Of a DNA stretch of 64,000 nt, positions 25,948 through 38,400 are shown one piece after another. The DNA is taken from the NCBI RefSeq assembly GCF_964194155.1, contig NC_135895.1, positions 59,086,001 to 59,150,000 on the forward strand, given 5' to 3'. The translations under genes and the position numbers were made by a program. The notes below the pieces were generated by a model that saw only the letters and a list, made by a program, of their open reading frames with translations, was not told the origin of the DNA and did no database searches. Within the stretch, counting starts at the first letter, position 1; every line of letters begins with the position of its first letter. This DNA comes from Cetorhinus maximus. Taxonomy: Eukaryota.

Positions 25948-26481
25948 TTATTCCACAAGCGAACTGCAGTCAATTTTCACTACATCTAATGTCAGTTTCC
26001 CTCCATAGGCGATTTCCATTCTAGCCAAGGAAGGAAGAGGCATGAATGAAAAGGAGTCTGCAAAACATTCACTATTAGTCTCTTTAGTGTTGTCAGTAAC
26101 ATGTAGAAAGTTGGAGGGGATGTAACCAGTATTTTGGTTTATTATGGAGTTGTTTGAATCTGGGAGGTCCTGGTTAATTTCCACAGAAGGTAGCTTTTCA
26201 ATGTATAAACAAGGGAGTTGGCATTTGTAATCCACGATGTTCTCTTCACTGTTCCCAGGTGAAAGATCTCCTTGGCTTAGTTCCTTGTTCTGGTGCAATT
26301 GACTAGCTGTGGACTGAATTAGCAATAGGGATTGCAGGCTACACTGTTCTTGGTCAACAATCTCCATATTGATACAGAATTCCTGCTCGGGTGACATCTC
26401 CTCTACTTGTAGAGTCTCAGGGACTTCATAAGGTGAAATTAATCCAGTTTGGAAGTCAGTGTATGTTAGGTCCGTCTTGTT
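25948..26481 (-). CDS. IL12RB2: IL12RB2 exon 15, cytoplasmic tail (NKTDLTY...GYIPSN...LTLDVVKIDCSSLVE*)
   Basis: ttcttactgcag acceptor, 534 nt open to TAA; Box2-like LQVEE; tyrosine motifs YKCQ and GYIPSN. Confidence 0.92.
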   Translation of the reverse strand, partial: NKTDLTYTDFQTGLISPYEVPETLQVEEMSPEQEFCINMEIVDQEQCSLQSLLLIQSTASQLHQNKELSQGDLSPGNSEENIVDYKCQLPCLYIEKLPSVEINQDLPDSNNSIINQNTGYIPSNFLHVTDNTKETNSECFADSFSFMPLPSLARMEIAYGGKLTLDVVKIDCSSLVE

Positions 26482-29400
26482 CTGCAGTAAGAAAAGTGAG
26501 CAGATTCAGGAACACTGCACTTTTGAAATTTGATCAACAGATGCAACCAACCATAGTACATTTTATATTTTTTTAGTGGTTCTTTAAGATAGCTTTTCCC
26601 TTTCCCGCTCCTCACCTGACTTCATGTTTTGGTGTCTTAAAAATCTTTTTCTGCTGACAGGCTAGATGTTTACAGCCAAGAAAGTGTGCGTCTCCCAGGC
26701 AACTGCTAATTTCCTTGCAATTGATTGTCTTGAAACAATAGTGACTACAAAAGTCTGATTTTCAGGCTATGATGTATCGCTGATTTATATTTCATACATT
26801 TCCAAAATAAAAGGCCTCTATTATAGTATGGGTGGCAACCCTAAGGCTGCATACCAACCCAGTGATGGATAGTAATGTTTGGACAGATGATTAAAACAAG
26901 TTAGGAAAAAATTCATTAGAAGAGAAAAACTTCTGGATTTCTGCAATTAACTGTACATGTCCATATACCAGAAATTGCTGTCATTACTATTGCAAAATCA
27001 GGGCCACTCTGTCAATCAATAAGTAGGAGTTGCTTTTTGCTTTGTTTAACTATTTATAGTGCTGTATTGACCCCCAGAGTGACAGTTTTAAAATCAATAG
27101 ACAAACTGCTAGAGTGGAAATTATTCTCCATCTCATCAATCCTCTTCCATACTCAGGTCAGCAATTGTATCTGCAGAGCCTTTTAAAACAGGTAATTCTG
27201 CTTAAGTGCCAGCCTGGCTCAGTTAATGGCACACTTCACCTTGAGTCAGAACATTGAGCACATAATTTAGGCTGATACTTCAGTACTTAAAGGATGCAAC
27301 CTTAGGATGAGGTGTTAAACTGAGAAGCTGTCTGCTCTCTCAGGTGGATGTAAAAAGCTCCGTTATTTGCATTATTGCATTATTTGAGGAGCTTTAAGAA
27401 ACACAACTGAAACAAATAATCTGGTCATTTATTTCATTGATGTTTGTGGGAGCTCGGTCTGGAAATTGGCTGCGATGTTTCCCTACATTACAACAAAGAT
27501 ACCATGGGAATGATAGGCACAAAATCAAAGAAGGGTAAAAAATCTGCAGGGCTATAGGAATAGGAATGGTGTAATAGGTCTTTCAAAGAGCTCACATAGA
27601 CATAATGGCCTCCTGTGTTGTATTATTCTTTAATTTTATATTAGGGGATGCAACTTAAAACTTGGTCAGAGAGGTAGGTTTAAGCAATGTCTGGAGAGGT
27701 TTGAGGAGGGAATTCCAGAGCTTGGTCCCCTAGACAGCTGAAGGCAGGACTGTGAATGGTAGGGGAAATTGAGGGGACCGCACAAGAGGCCAAAGCTGGA
27801 GGAATGCAGTTCATCTCTTCCTTTACTATTGCCCCATCTGTTTTATTAAAGCTTTTCTCTGTGATTTCTGTTCCATTTTTCCTCCTGCTTTGGTCAGTTT
27901 CCTTCCATTCTGGCAAATACTCTCCTCCATCTTACTGAATGTGAGGTCCACTATTAAAACAGCTACAAATGGACAAAGACTCCTTATTGACCCGTAGCAG
28001 GTTTGGAGTGGATATCACTTGCAAAGTGCTCCATCTAGTGATTTGACCAAGAACTGCTAAAATCTGTCCCTAGTAGAAGAAAGAAAGAAAGAATTGGATT
28101 TTTATATTGTCTTTCATGACCCCAATGTGCTTTTTGCAGCCAATGAAGTGCTTTGAAGTGTAATATGTTGTAAGATAGGAAATGAAATGGCCAATCTGAG
28201 CATAGCAAGCTCCCACGAGCAGCAATATGGTGATAACCAAATGATCTGTTTTTGTGTTGTGATAAATGTTGGCCATAGCACAGGGCACAATTCCCCAATC
28301 ATCTTTGAAATAGTGCTGTGCACTCTTTCACATCCACCTGAGAAGACAGACAGGGCTTCAATTTAACACCTTATACAAAAGGAAAAGCATAGTGGAAATG
28401 AAAGAGGAGAATTCACCAAATAATGTATAATTACTGTCACAATGCCAACCAATGCTTGCAGAATGTATTTTCTAGCATAGAATGGAAGGTTCTTATAACA
28501 AACATGTTACCTTAATTGCAGTATATTCCTTTGCCCAAGTGCAGTTAGCCGGATCAGGAATGTTTCTCACATACAGTTGAGATGTGAGTTTCAATAGAAT
28601 GGACCATATCCTGCAGCAATACGAAATGCAAGTGAGATCAGTTCCTTTTTTTTCAATTCTTACAATTCCAGCTTGAGGAATGTCCACATACATTAATCAT
28701 CCACATTCTGTAATACTTCTTTCAGTTTGAGGGCTATTTATACCAGTGATGAGTTGATTTATAATAGTCTAAAAGCTGTATGTAGCTGTCACCCAGATAC
28801 TGTAGGTCAATGTGGACTCCAATCTGTATTGATTCTTGGTCCATGCTTCCCACCAGGCCACTTGCCAAACTGGAATTGGAAAATTGGGTGGATTGGCTGA
28901 ATGTCAGCCTGTTAGAACATTTAAAAGGGAAAGGGCATAAGTATCTGGAATGAAAATGAGTTCTACTCCAGAAATGTTCATGTTAAATCAGGCTGACTAT
29001 TTCCCCTGCTCTTTTCACCTTTAATAATGCACTGCTTTGAGCTGTCAGGCACATTGAACGGATGAGGAGCCGTGATGGGTTTCATTTATTTCAGTGGGGT
29101 AGCTAGGAATGCGAATTTGGAAAGATGCCAACTTATGTTGATGGGTAATGAGCAACAGTCTGATGTCACAAGTATGTCATTTATAATATATTGGACAAAT
29201 AACTAAAGTCACTGCTCTATTCCAACTACTGCTCCCTGCCACTTACTCCAATGGATGCAATATTGAAATATTTGAAAGACAGAAACATTGGACAAATTTA
29301 TAATTTTATCCCATGTCATCGTCTGATTTTTCTTCCTTATTTTAAAACTTCATTCTAATTTTAATGTTGTGCTTGCATCTAAGTGCTAACTTGGGGAATG

Positions 29401-32400
29401 AACATCATGCTGCCCTGCTGCTGTTGCATTGTGCCTGAGTGTGGGCCTGTATGCTAATGCAGAAAGGGTTGTGATCCTCCAAGGGCTGCACTTCTACTTC
29501 ATACAAAAAGTAATGAATTAGAAATACTTGAACATCCTATTCATTTATAGCACAGAAGAAGACGAATAGCTTCTATGCTGGCTCTCGTAGAACAATCTAG
29601 TCAGTCACATTCCTGTCCACCCCCATTGTCCTGCAAGTTTAAATGTACAGTGCATAAACCAGCCCTAGCCTCTTAGTTTAAGAAAAGAGTTTGACCAATC
29701 CGAATTTCTTTCTCTCCTCCCATCAATTGGGGATCCTGGTGAATGCCATTCACAACATACCACTGAATGTAATTTATTCTCCACTAGCCAGTAACACTCA
29801 GCAAAGGTAAAATTGAAGAAAAAATTCTTGATTGATTCAAAAGACTGTAAAGCACTGATTGTAATAGTGTTTGAAATAAGTATTATGTGGAAAAGGTTTA
29901 AATAAAGACTGGTGTAAGTTTTTCTTCTTTAATCTGTGGTAGGTCCTTTCCTGGTCACAGAAATTCAAAGCTATTAACACAACAGAAACAGTAGCGAAGT
30001 TTACATTTGAAAAGAAACGACTTGTGAATTCACATAATCACAATGAGTAGACCACAATTTTAGATGTTTTACCTGTTTCTCACTGACTGCCATAAACAAA
30101 ATCCGGAAAGTATGATTGCAAACAAGAATGTTACTGCAATGACCACCACTATGATGGACTTGCTGTCAGAGTGTGGAAGAATACCTGAAGGAAAAGAACA
30201 TTTCAGTTTCAATTCACTGATCAGAATAACAACTTCAGATTGACCAACCTCATGCAGTCTGTAATTCCAAAATATTGACCAACTTCCCCTTACAACATTG
30301 AGAACTGTTAATTCTTGTCCATCCAATTTTCTCTGTTCCTTCTAAACCACTAAAGACATCTGACCAATGCTGGGATATGGTCACATTCTGAGATCTCGTC
30401 CAAGTGTTATCCTTCACATGAACATTTAGACATTTTGAAATCTGGCCCCGAGTGAAATAATTTACATGCCTTTAAAATGCCACCAGTGTACGTCGTTATG
30501 GAGGTAGGTGGAGCTTAGGAAGGTTCTCTGGTTTCCATTTATCTGGGTGTTTGCTGTGAGAGTCTGCTGAGATGGTTAGGACCTCGTGGTTTGCAGCTCA
30601 ATGAGCATAGATAGCCAAAGCAAATGAGTGTTTAGGCCTGCACTGTAAGCAGAGTAAAAAAGCAACTTCTTCATCTTTGACTGTGTGGAATGCTGGCAAG
30701 ATTTAATCTGTTTGAACTTTAGTGAGGGAATAGAAACTTGAAGATTGCTTAGTTTGAAACTAGTGGAAGAATCTACAGTGGTCCCCAGAATCTTGTGGCA
30801 AAGAAAGCAACCAGCAGATTAGCTTGCGAAGTATTGGAAAAGTATCCAGAACAAGGGACTGAGACATCCAGTCAAGAGATGGTAAATGAAAGTTTTGTTG
30901 TTGAGAATAGCTAGAGCTGAGGAGAGTTCTCCAGAAAACTGGCATACTTATGGGTGGTCCCTTCAGAAGTAAATAACTTTAGGATTGATGTGTCTTAAAA
31001 GCGAATTCCTGGGGAAGGTAAGAAGTAAACCTGAGTGCATAACATAGGTAGTTGTAAACCATTTTGTTAATAGTGTTTCTTTTTGTCTTTCATACACAAT
31101 AATGTTTGTTTTAGACGTGAAACCTTGTGATGAAGTTCTACTGGTTAAAGCGAGGTGTTCAAATTTCCCTTTAATTGTTAATGGTCCCTAACTGGATTGT
31201 AACACTTGAAACATTCAGAGTTCTGTTACACTTTCTTTCTTACTTTGGCTGAAGTAAAATCTGTGTCGTTCTCCATTCTTCCCTTCACCAGCTCTAGTGA
31301 CTGCTTTCATCCACACAATATATCCTGTTCCAGGTTTCAGATCTGGAATTGAGTAATTACTGCTGGTTGGGTCAATAGGCCCTACAAAACAGCAAAAACA
31401 TACAGGTTATTGACCCTTAATGAATCTATTCCAGATTGTTCTTTTGTTGGCGTCTGTAGTACTTTCTTTCATCTCCCCCATTTCTCCCCTTCTATCTGGT
31501 TGGTGGTGAACCAACAGTGAACCAGATCAGTTGAACTGGAATTCTGGGCCAATTATTTCTCTTCTCCTAACTGGGGTCACTGAGGTAAACTATAGCATCT
31601 TGACTGCCACCTTGGGTAACTCTGCACAGATCATTAATTGAATCTGGGGCTTCCTGATCTGTATGACTATTCACAAGACCACATAGTGGATGTCCAACTG
31701 AGTCATGAAGGGAGGGGAGGAGCCCATTTCCAGGTTTCTTGCATTTTAATAGTGAATCCAGTGAGTGCATTTTGCTTTTGTCTATGTTTAAAATCTATTT
31801 TCACTTTTCTTCACTTGGGTCTCCATGAGGCATGCAGTGTAATCAGTTGAGGGTAGGCTCTTACCTAATCTCTGACTATTGCAAACATCACATTCAAAGT
31901 CAAGATATGAGGATAAAAAAGTTGAACTGCATTTTATTCAATGATCACGTGGTTTGGTACAGTACAAAGGGAGCCATCTGTGCATGTGCTGTATCTGCAT
32001 GTCACTACTCATACGTTAAATCAAATCCATTTTCATCCTGACTCCTGATTATCAATGTACTCTTAGTTGCCAGTGTGAAACATGAACTTAATTAGTTGGA
32101 GGCAGCCAGTTTGTAGATACTGTGTGTCAAACCTTCCTTCCTGTGACATCATGGATAGGTTTAGTGGCATGTGGGTCTATTCATGATATCACATGCAGGG
32201 GAATTTCACACTCACTGGGGTACTTTTTCTTTTTTAAAGAGTACAGATTTTTCTGAGTGGAAAATAGTGGGGAGAGAGTTCAAAACCTTTCAATATGCCC
32301 TGTCAGTTAAGGTTCCCTGCAATCCAGCACATAGCTCATTAAACTCACTGTCTCCCTTAAATTGTTTTAGCAGGTTTTTCTAGAATGTAAACATGTATGA

Positions 32401-35400
32401 GTGAGAGAGAAATACTGATGAGTATAGTTATTAAACTGCATTTCTGTTTTGTCATGCAACTTAGATTGTGTGACTTTTCAATAAAATGCATTTCTTCTTT
32501 TAAAAAGTAGTAACCCAAGACCACATATTTGATCAGACTATTGGAATAATCATTTAGAAATAAAAGGAATAATTACTCATTTCAAATAATTAGTCATTTC
32601 AAAATGTCACTATGTATCAAAAGTAGCTGTTAAAGGATTGAGTGATGCAGTCCGTTAAAAATCATTTTGTCTTTGGAACTTGTTTTGGACCTTTGGAACC
32701 CAGCTCTCAATAGTGTGATGGAAGTCTCATTGTTGTCTGGTTGTAAGCACGTTATGTGAAATGATTTGCCAAGAGCCTAAATCTAATTAATTGCACAAAA
32801 CCCTACTTAAGGGATTTTCAAATTCCCAATTGTGGCAGGAGGCAGAAGTAGAGCTGTCACTCTGAGTCATGATTGGGACATTCTTATCTTTTAACTCATG
32901 CACTGGGCACAATTTGTAGGAGAAATATTGCATTACCACTATTCCAAAAATTCACCCCCCACCCCTGTAAAATATGAAAACTTAACTAGATTTCAGTAAT
33001 TTTCAAGATAAAACAATGAACTACTTTCCTCCTGTTTTTTTAATCTTATTTTTATTTTCAGAAGCTATAGCATCTAAGGCATATTTATGTGTGTATGTTT
33101 TTGAATTTTCCATTATGTTTCAGATGTCACAATTTATATTACACACAATTGGTCCATCTTAAAAATGCACAAAGGGAGGCGGGGATCTATTCGCTGACTG
33201 AGATGACATGACCTTTGTGCAAGTAGCAGAATCAAGTAGTTATCAAGGTAAAGAACTTTAAACAGTAATTGTATTAGTACCTAATTGACTTCCAGGCCTA
33301 CTTATTTAGATCATGTCCTCGTAGGAATGACTGAGCAGTGGCCATAACCCGAGACCAGGTTAGCAGCTCAATGTCACAATTTTGGGGTCCAATGCCACAG
33401 GAGGTCAGTTTGTTAGCCAAGATTGTTCTATCATTAAAGTAGAAATTGGATAAATATTCAAAGCAGAAGAAAATTCAGAACTTCATGGAGAGAACGCAGC
33501 AATGAGATTTAGTTAAAAGCAAAAAACTGCGGATGCTCGAAATCCAAAACAAAAACAAAAATACCTGTAAAAACTCAGCAGGTCCGGCAGCATCTGCAGA
33601 GAGGAACACAGTTAACGTTTCGAGTCCAAATGACCCTTCAACAGAACTAAGTAAAAATAGAAGAGAGGTGAAATATAAGCTTGTTTAAGGAGGTTGGGGT
33701 TGTTGGTGGGGGGGGGGGGGGGGGGGGTGGGACACGTAGACCTGGATAGAGGGCCACTGATAGGTGGAGATAACCAAAAGATGTCACAGGCAAAAGGACA
33801 AAGAGGTGTTGAAGGTGGTGATATTATCTAAGGAATGTGCTAATTAAGGGTAGAAAGCAGGACAAGCAAGGTACAGATAGCCCCAGTGAGGGTGGGGTGT
33901 GGTGAAGGAATCGAAAAAGGCTAAAAGGTAGAGATAAAACAATGGATGGAAATACATTTAAAAATAATGGAAATAGGTGGGAAAAGAAAAATATATATAA
34001 ATTATTGGGAAAAAAAGGTGGGGATCGGAAAGGGGATGGGGATGGAGGAGAGAGTTCATGATCTAAAATTGTTGAACTCAATATTCAGTCCGGAAGGCTG
34101 TGAAGTGCCTAGTCGGAAGATGAGGTGCTGTTCCTCCAGTTTGTGTTGCATCCGCCCTCACACCTTCCTCTCCCTCCCAGAAACATGATAGGGTCCCCCT
34201 TGTCCTCACTTATCACCCCACCAGCCTCCGCTTTCAAATGATCATCCTCCACCATTTCTGCCAACTCCAGCATGATGCCAACACCAAACACATCTTCCTT
34301 CACCCCCCCCCGGCGGCATTCCGCAGGGATCGTTCCCTCCGGGACACCCTGTTCCACTCTTCCATCACCCCCTATACCTGAACCCCCTCCACGGCACCTT
34401 CCCATGCAACCGCAGAAGGTGCAACACCTACCCCTTTACTTTCCCTCTCCTCACCGTCTAAGGGCCCAAACACTCCTTTCAAGTGAAGCAGCATTTCACT
34501 TGCACTTCCCTCAATTTAGACTACTGCATTCGTTGCTCCCAATGTGGTTTCCTCTACATTGGAGAGACCAAACGCAGGCTGGGTGACCGCTTTGCAGAAC
34601 ACCTTCGGTCTGTCTGCAAGCATTACCCAGGCCTCCCTGTCGCTTGCCATTTCAACACTCCACCCTGCTCTCATGCCCACATGTCTATCCTTGGCCTGCT
34701 GCATTGTTCCAGTGAAGCTCAACGCAAACTGGAGGAACAGCACCTCATCTTCCAACTAGGCACTTTACAGCCTTCTGGACTGGATATTGAGTTCAACAAT
34801 TTTAGATCCATCCCCACCCCCTTTTTTTCCCAATTTATATAGATTTTTCTTTTCCCATCTATTTCCATGATTTTTAAATGTATTTCCATCCATTGTTTTA
34901 TCTCTACCTTTTAGCCTTTTTCGATTCCTTCACCCCACCCCACCCCCACTGGGGCTATCTGTACCTTGCTTGTCCTGCTTTCTACCCTTAATTAGCACAT
35001 TCCTTAGATAATATCACCACCTTCAACACCTCTTTGTCCTTTTGTCTGTGACATCTTTTGGTTATCTCCACCTATCATTGGCCCTCTATCCAGCTTTACC
35101 TGTCCCACCGCGCGCCCCCCCCCCCCCCCCCCCCCCCACTTAAACCAGCTTATATTTCACCTCTCTTTATTTTTACTTAGTTCTGTTGAAGGGTCATTTA
35201 GACTCGAAACGTTAACTGTGTTCCTCTCCGCAGATGCTGCCAGACCTGCTGAGTTTTTACAGGTATTTTTGTTTTTGTTGTGAATGAGATTTAGTTTTGG
35301 ATTGCTCTAGCAAAAAACCAACACTGACACAATGGGCTGATTGGCTGCCATTTGGGTTGCGAGCTTCAATGTTTCTAGTCATTACTAAGACCTTGAATTC

Positions 35401-38400
35401 CATTCACAAACAGAATTTCTCTGCAACTATGGGGCAGGAAAGTGGAGTTAATATAAAGTTCACCCTTGATTTCATCAAATGCTGGAGAAGACTCAAGGGG
35501 CCATATGGCCTCCTCCTCCTATTTCTTATGTTCTTAACCACTATTTCGCTGATGCACATACTATAAATTGAAGGGAGCAACTCTGAATTCTCCTCCTGCA
35601 AGTAGATGATGTAGCTTTCGATGCAGCCCTCTTTCTGGTCTTGTGGAACATTCTTCCAGAATATTACAGCAGCATTGTGCTTGAAGACTATAGGCCCTGA
35701 CAGTGGTGCTGCTGAATAAAAAATTGTTAAAAGCCTTGATTAAAATGACATCTCATTACCATAAACACATGTCAATTATTTAGCCAAGGTTTAAATTTTG
35801 CCACTACTTTAATTACCTTCTTGGGCCGAGTAGCTCTGAGTTGACAGTGGTCTTCCTGTCCCACTTTCATAAATGGCATAGACGGAGATCTGAAAACAAG
35901 TCTTGGGCTTTATATTTTCTGTAATACAGTAGATAATAGTTATACCCAAAAGTATTCTGTTCTGCTTAATGTACAGGATGGGGGGAAACAAGAGAAATGT
36001 GTGACTGCTTATTGCAAAAATCCTGGGAAAACCTTTTAGAATCTCGCATACTCGTGGGTGGCTTGTTATAGGAACAGGAGTAAGCCATTCAGGCCCGCAG
36101 ACATGTTCTGCCATTCAATTAGACCACATGGCTGGTCTGTATCTGAACTCCATGACCCAGCTTGGTTCCATAATGCTTAATACCCTTACATAACAAAAAC
36201 AATCCATCAATCTTAGTTTTGAAATTTTGAACAATTGGTGTAAACTGAACAGATTTTTTTGTGTGTGTATAGTGCTTCACCCCTGAATAGCCAGGCTCTA
36301 ATTTTTAGATTATGCCCCCTTGTTCTGAACTCCTGCACCAGAGGAAATAATTTCTTGCTATCTGCCCTGTCAAATCATTTAATCATCTTAAACACTTCAA
36401 TTATCTTCCCTCATTGCTCATGATCCTTTTTACTGTTGTAACCTTCATGAAGATGGATGTAATATTTTTGGGAATATGGTAAAGAAGGCTGAGAGTGTGT
36501 GTGTAATTAAACTGGGGGAAGGTTAGTATAGACATCTTTTCTGTGGGGACTGAGAGATGAAAGGTAAAGGAGCTAGATGCATGCATTTGTAATGAGAGGC
36601 TATGGTGAAGTTGAATGTAAGAGTAAATAGGTTGGGTTTGAAATTTTCATTGTAAGATAAATAAGAACTTGACTCTTCAGCTGTTAAGGTTCAAGGGGAG
36701 TTTAGAAGTGACAAGGGACTTTTGCAACTTTCAAAAGTTTCATATGTAAACAAGGGTCTATTGAATTTTATTTTACCCAAAAGTGGAGGCAATAGGAAAA
36801 CATGAGAAATTTTTATGTTTTGGAAAAATTGAGTTCAAAGAGATGCTTAGAACAATGGAGTCTAAGATCAAAGGGGAAATGGACATTTAAGGAAAGATGT
36901 TTAGTTGTGTTAGTTGTGTGGGGGAGATGCCCTGAGACCAGCTCTGTGCTGAGAAACGTTGTGAATTTGAAGCAGCCATTCAGTTTCAAGCCAGAGAAGT
37001 CTTTGTTTTCGGAGAGCAGTCTGTTCCTGGACTTCGGTTTTTTTCAACAGGAAGAGAGTGAGAAGTCATGTGGCATACTTTATTAAAGTAGCAGCAGGTT
37101 TTCCCTTAGGTAATATTACTGAATTTTATGGTTGAAATCTATGGGAGCTGTTGCCAAGTAGTTTACTTGTGTATTTTGACTAAGGGATTTTTGGGTATTG
37201 TTTTGTAAGACTGTTTAAGTGTGTAATTTCAATCTTGTGTGTGTAATTTTTTTTCTTCTTGTTAATAAATCTTTTAATTTTAAAATCCTAAAAGTGTTAC
37301 TCGGATTTTGTGTTTCTGGGATCAGTAATTTTCCCCATATTTTCAAAATTCAAAAAAGAGTTATGATTAGTAAGGCAAGTTTCCCTCTGGGATTTGGCTT
37401 GCCCAGTGAATAACATCGGTTATGGTAATAACACCTTTCGTGTTTCTTTTTATTTTATCAATGCTATTATTGTCATTGTTCTTCTGAACCCAACCACCAC
37501 CACCCCACCCCCCGCCCCCCTCTTGTTCTTCCCAAGCTCCAAATATGCTACCTCTTCCCTACATTTTCACTATGTTCAAGTCAAAAATGATTTGCTTGCA
37601 CTGTAACTCATTTTTTTCTTTGTTCGGTATAGGCATTGAAAGGTCACTTTGAAAGGAATAGACCCAGTCCATGTGCAATTGCTATTCAAGCTAGTAGGCT
37701 AAGGAGGATCATGTGACATAGATATGAGTTACATAAGCATACAGCTAAGATGCAAGAAAGTACTTATTGTGGGATCGTCGACCTCTAGAATAAATTGCTA
37801 GCTCATGCAGAGTGTGCTGATTTGCTGCAAACATTGAAAAGAAAGCTAAATGAATTCCTGAGAGTGACATATTTTCACATATAAGTCATTTGGAGATCGT
37901 GTTTCCCAGCCAACATAGTCTCTGGAACAGGAAGTTGTAAAGAAATTTTCTTGGGTTTCTCTTAAATTAGCCTGTGATTTTTTAAAAAAAACTCCCAGGG
38001 GATTGCTTGGTTCCCCATTCAGTACCTTCCCCCAGCCCACCCCATCCATATTACTGTACTCTGACATGTGATTCCAACTTGAATACCAATCGGTGCATTT
38101 TCAGTATACACTTGACCATTATACACTTGGTTTGTTTTGTGATGTATATTTATTGCCCACACAGAAACAGGAGGACTGAATTATCCGGCCCTCTGCCCAG
38201 CAGAAACAAGTACTGCCATGAAAATGATGTTCAATCTGCCCATTGCCATGTCCACAGTGATGAAGACAATGCTCCCCACCGGCCTACAGCTGTGCAGCCC
38301 AAGTTAGGCAATAGTCCATTTAAGATGCTAATCTGCATCCTATGACATACTTTGGAGCAGTCATCTATTCTCGCATCACTATTCAATTCTTGCCTTCTGT

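Larger units (their letters stand above)
33515..35282. mobile_element. Penelope-like retroelement: 5'-truncated + copy (34149-35280, GIY-YIG C-terminus plus pLTR) preceded by an inverted copy of its 3' end (33515-34148); 14-bp TSD
   Basis: RVPLVLTYHP, a Cys cluster and LYIGETKRRLGDRFAEHL (GIY-YIG). TSD aatgagatttagtt at 33501-33514 and 35283-35296. Splits a CR1 3' tail. Confidence 0.92.
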
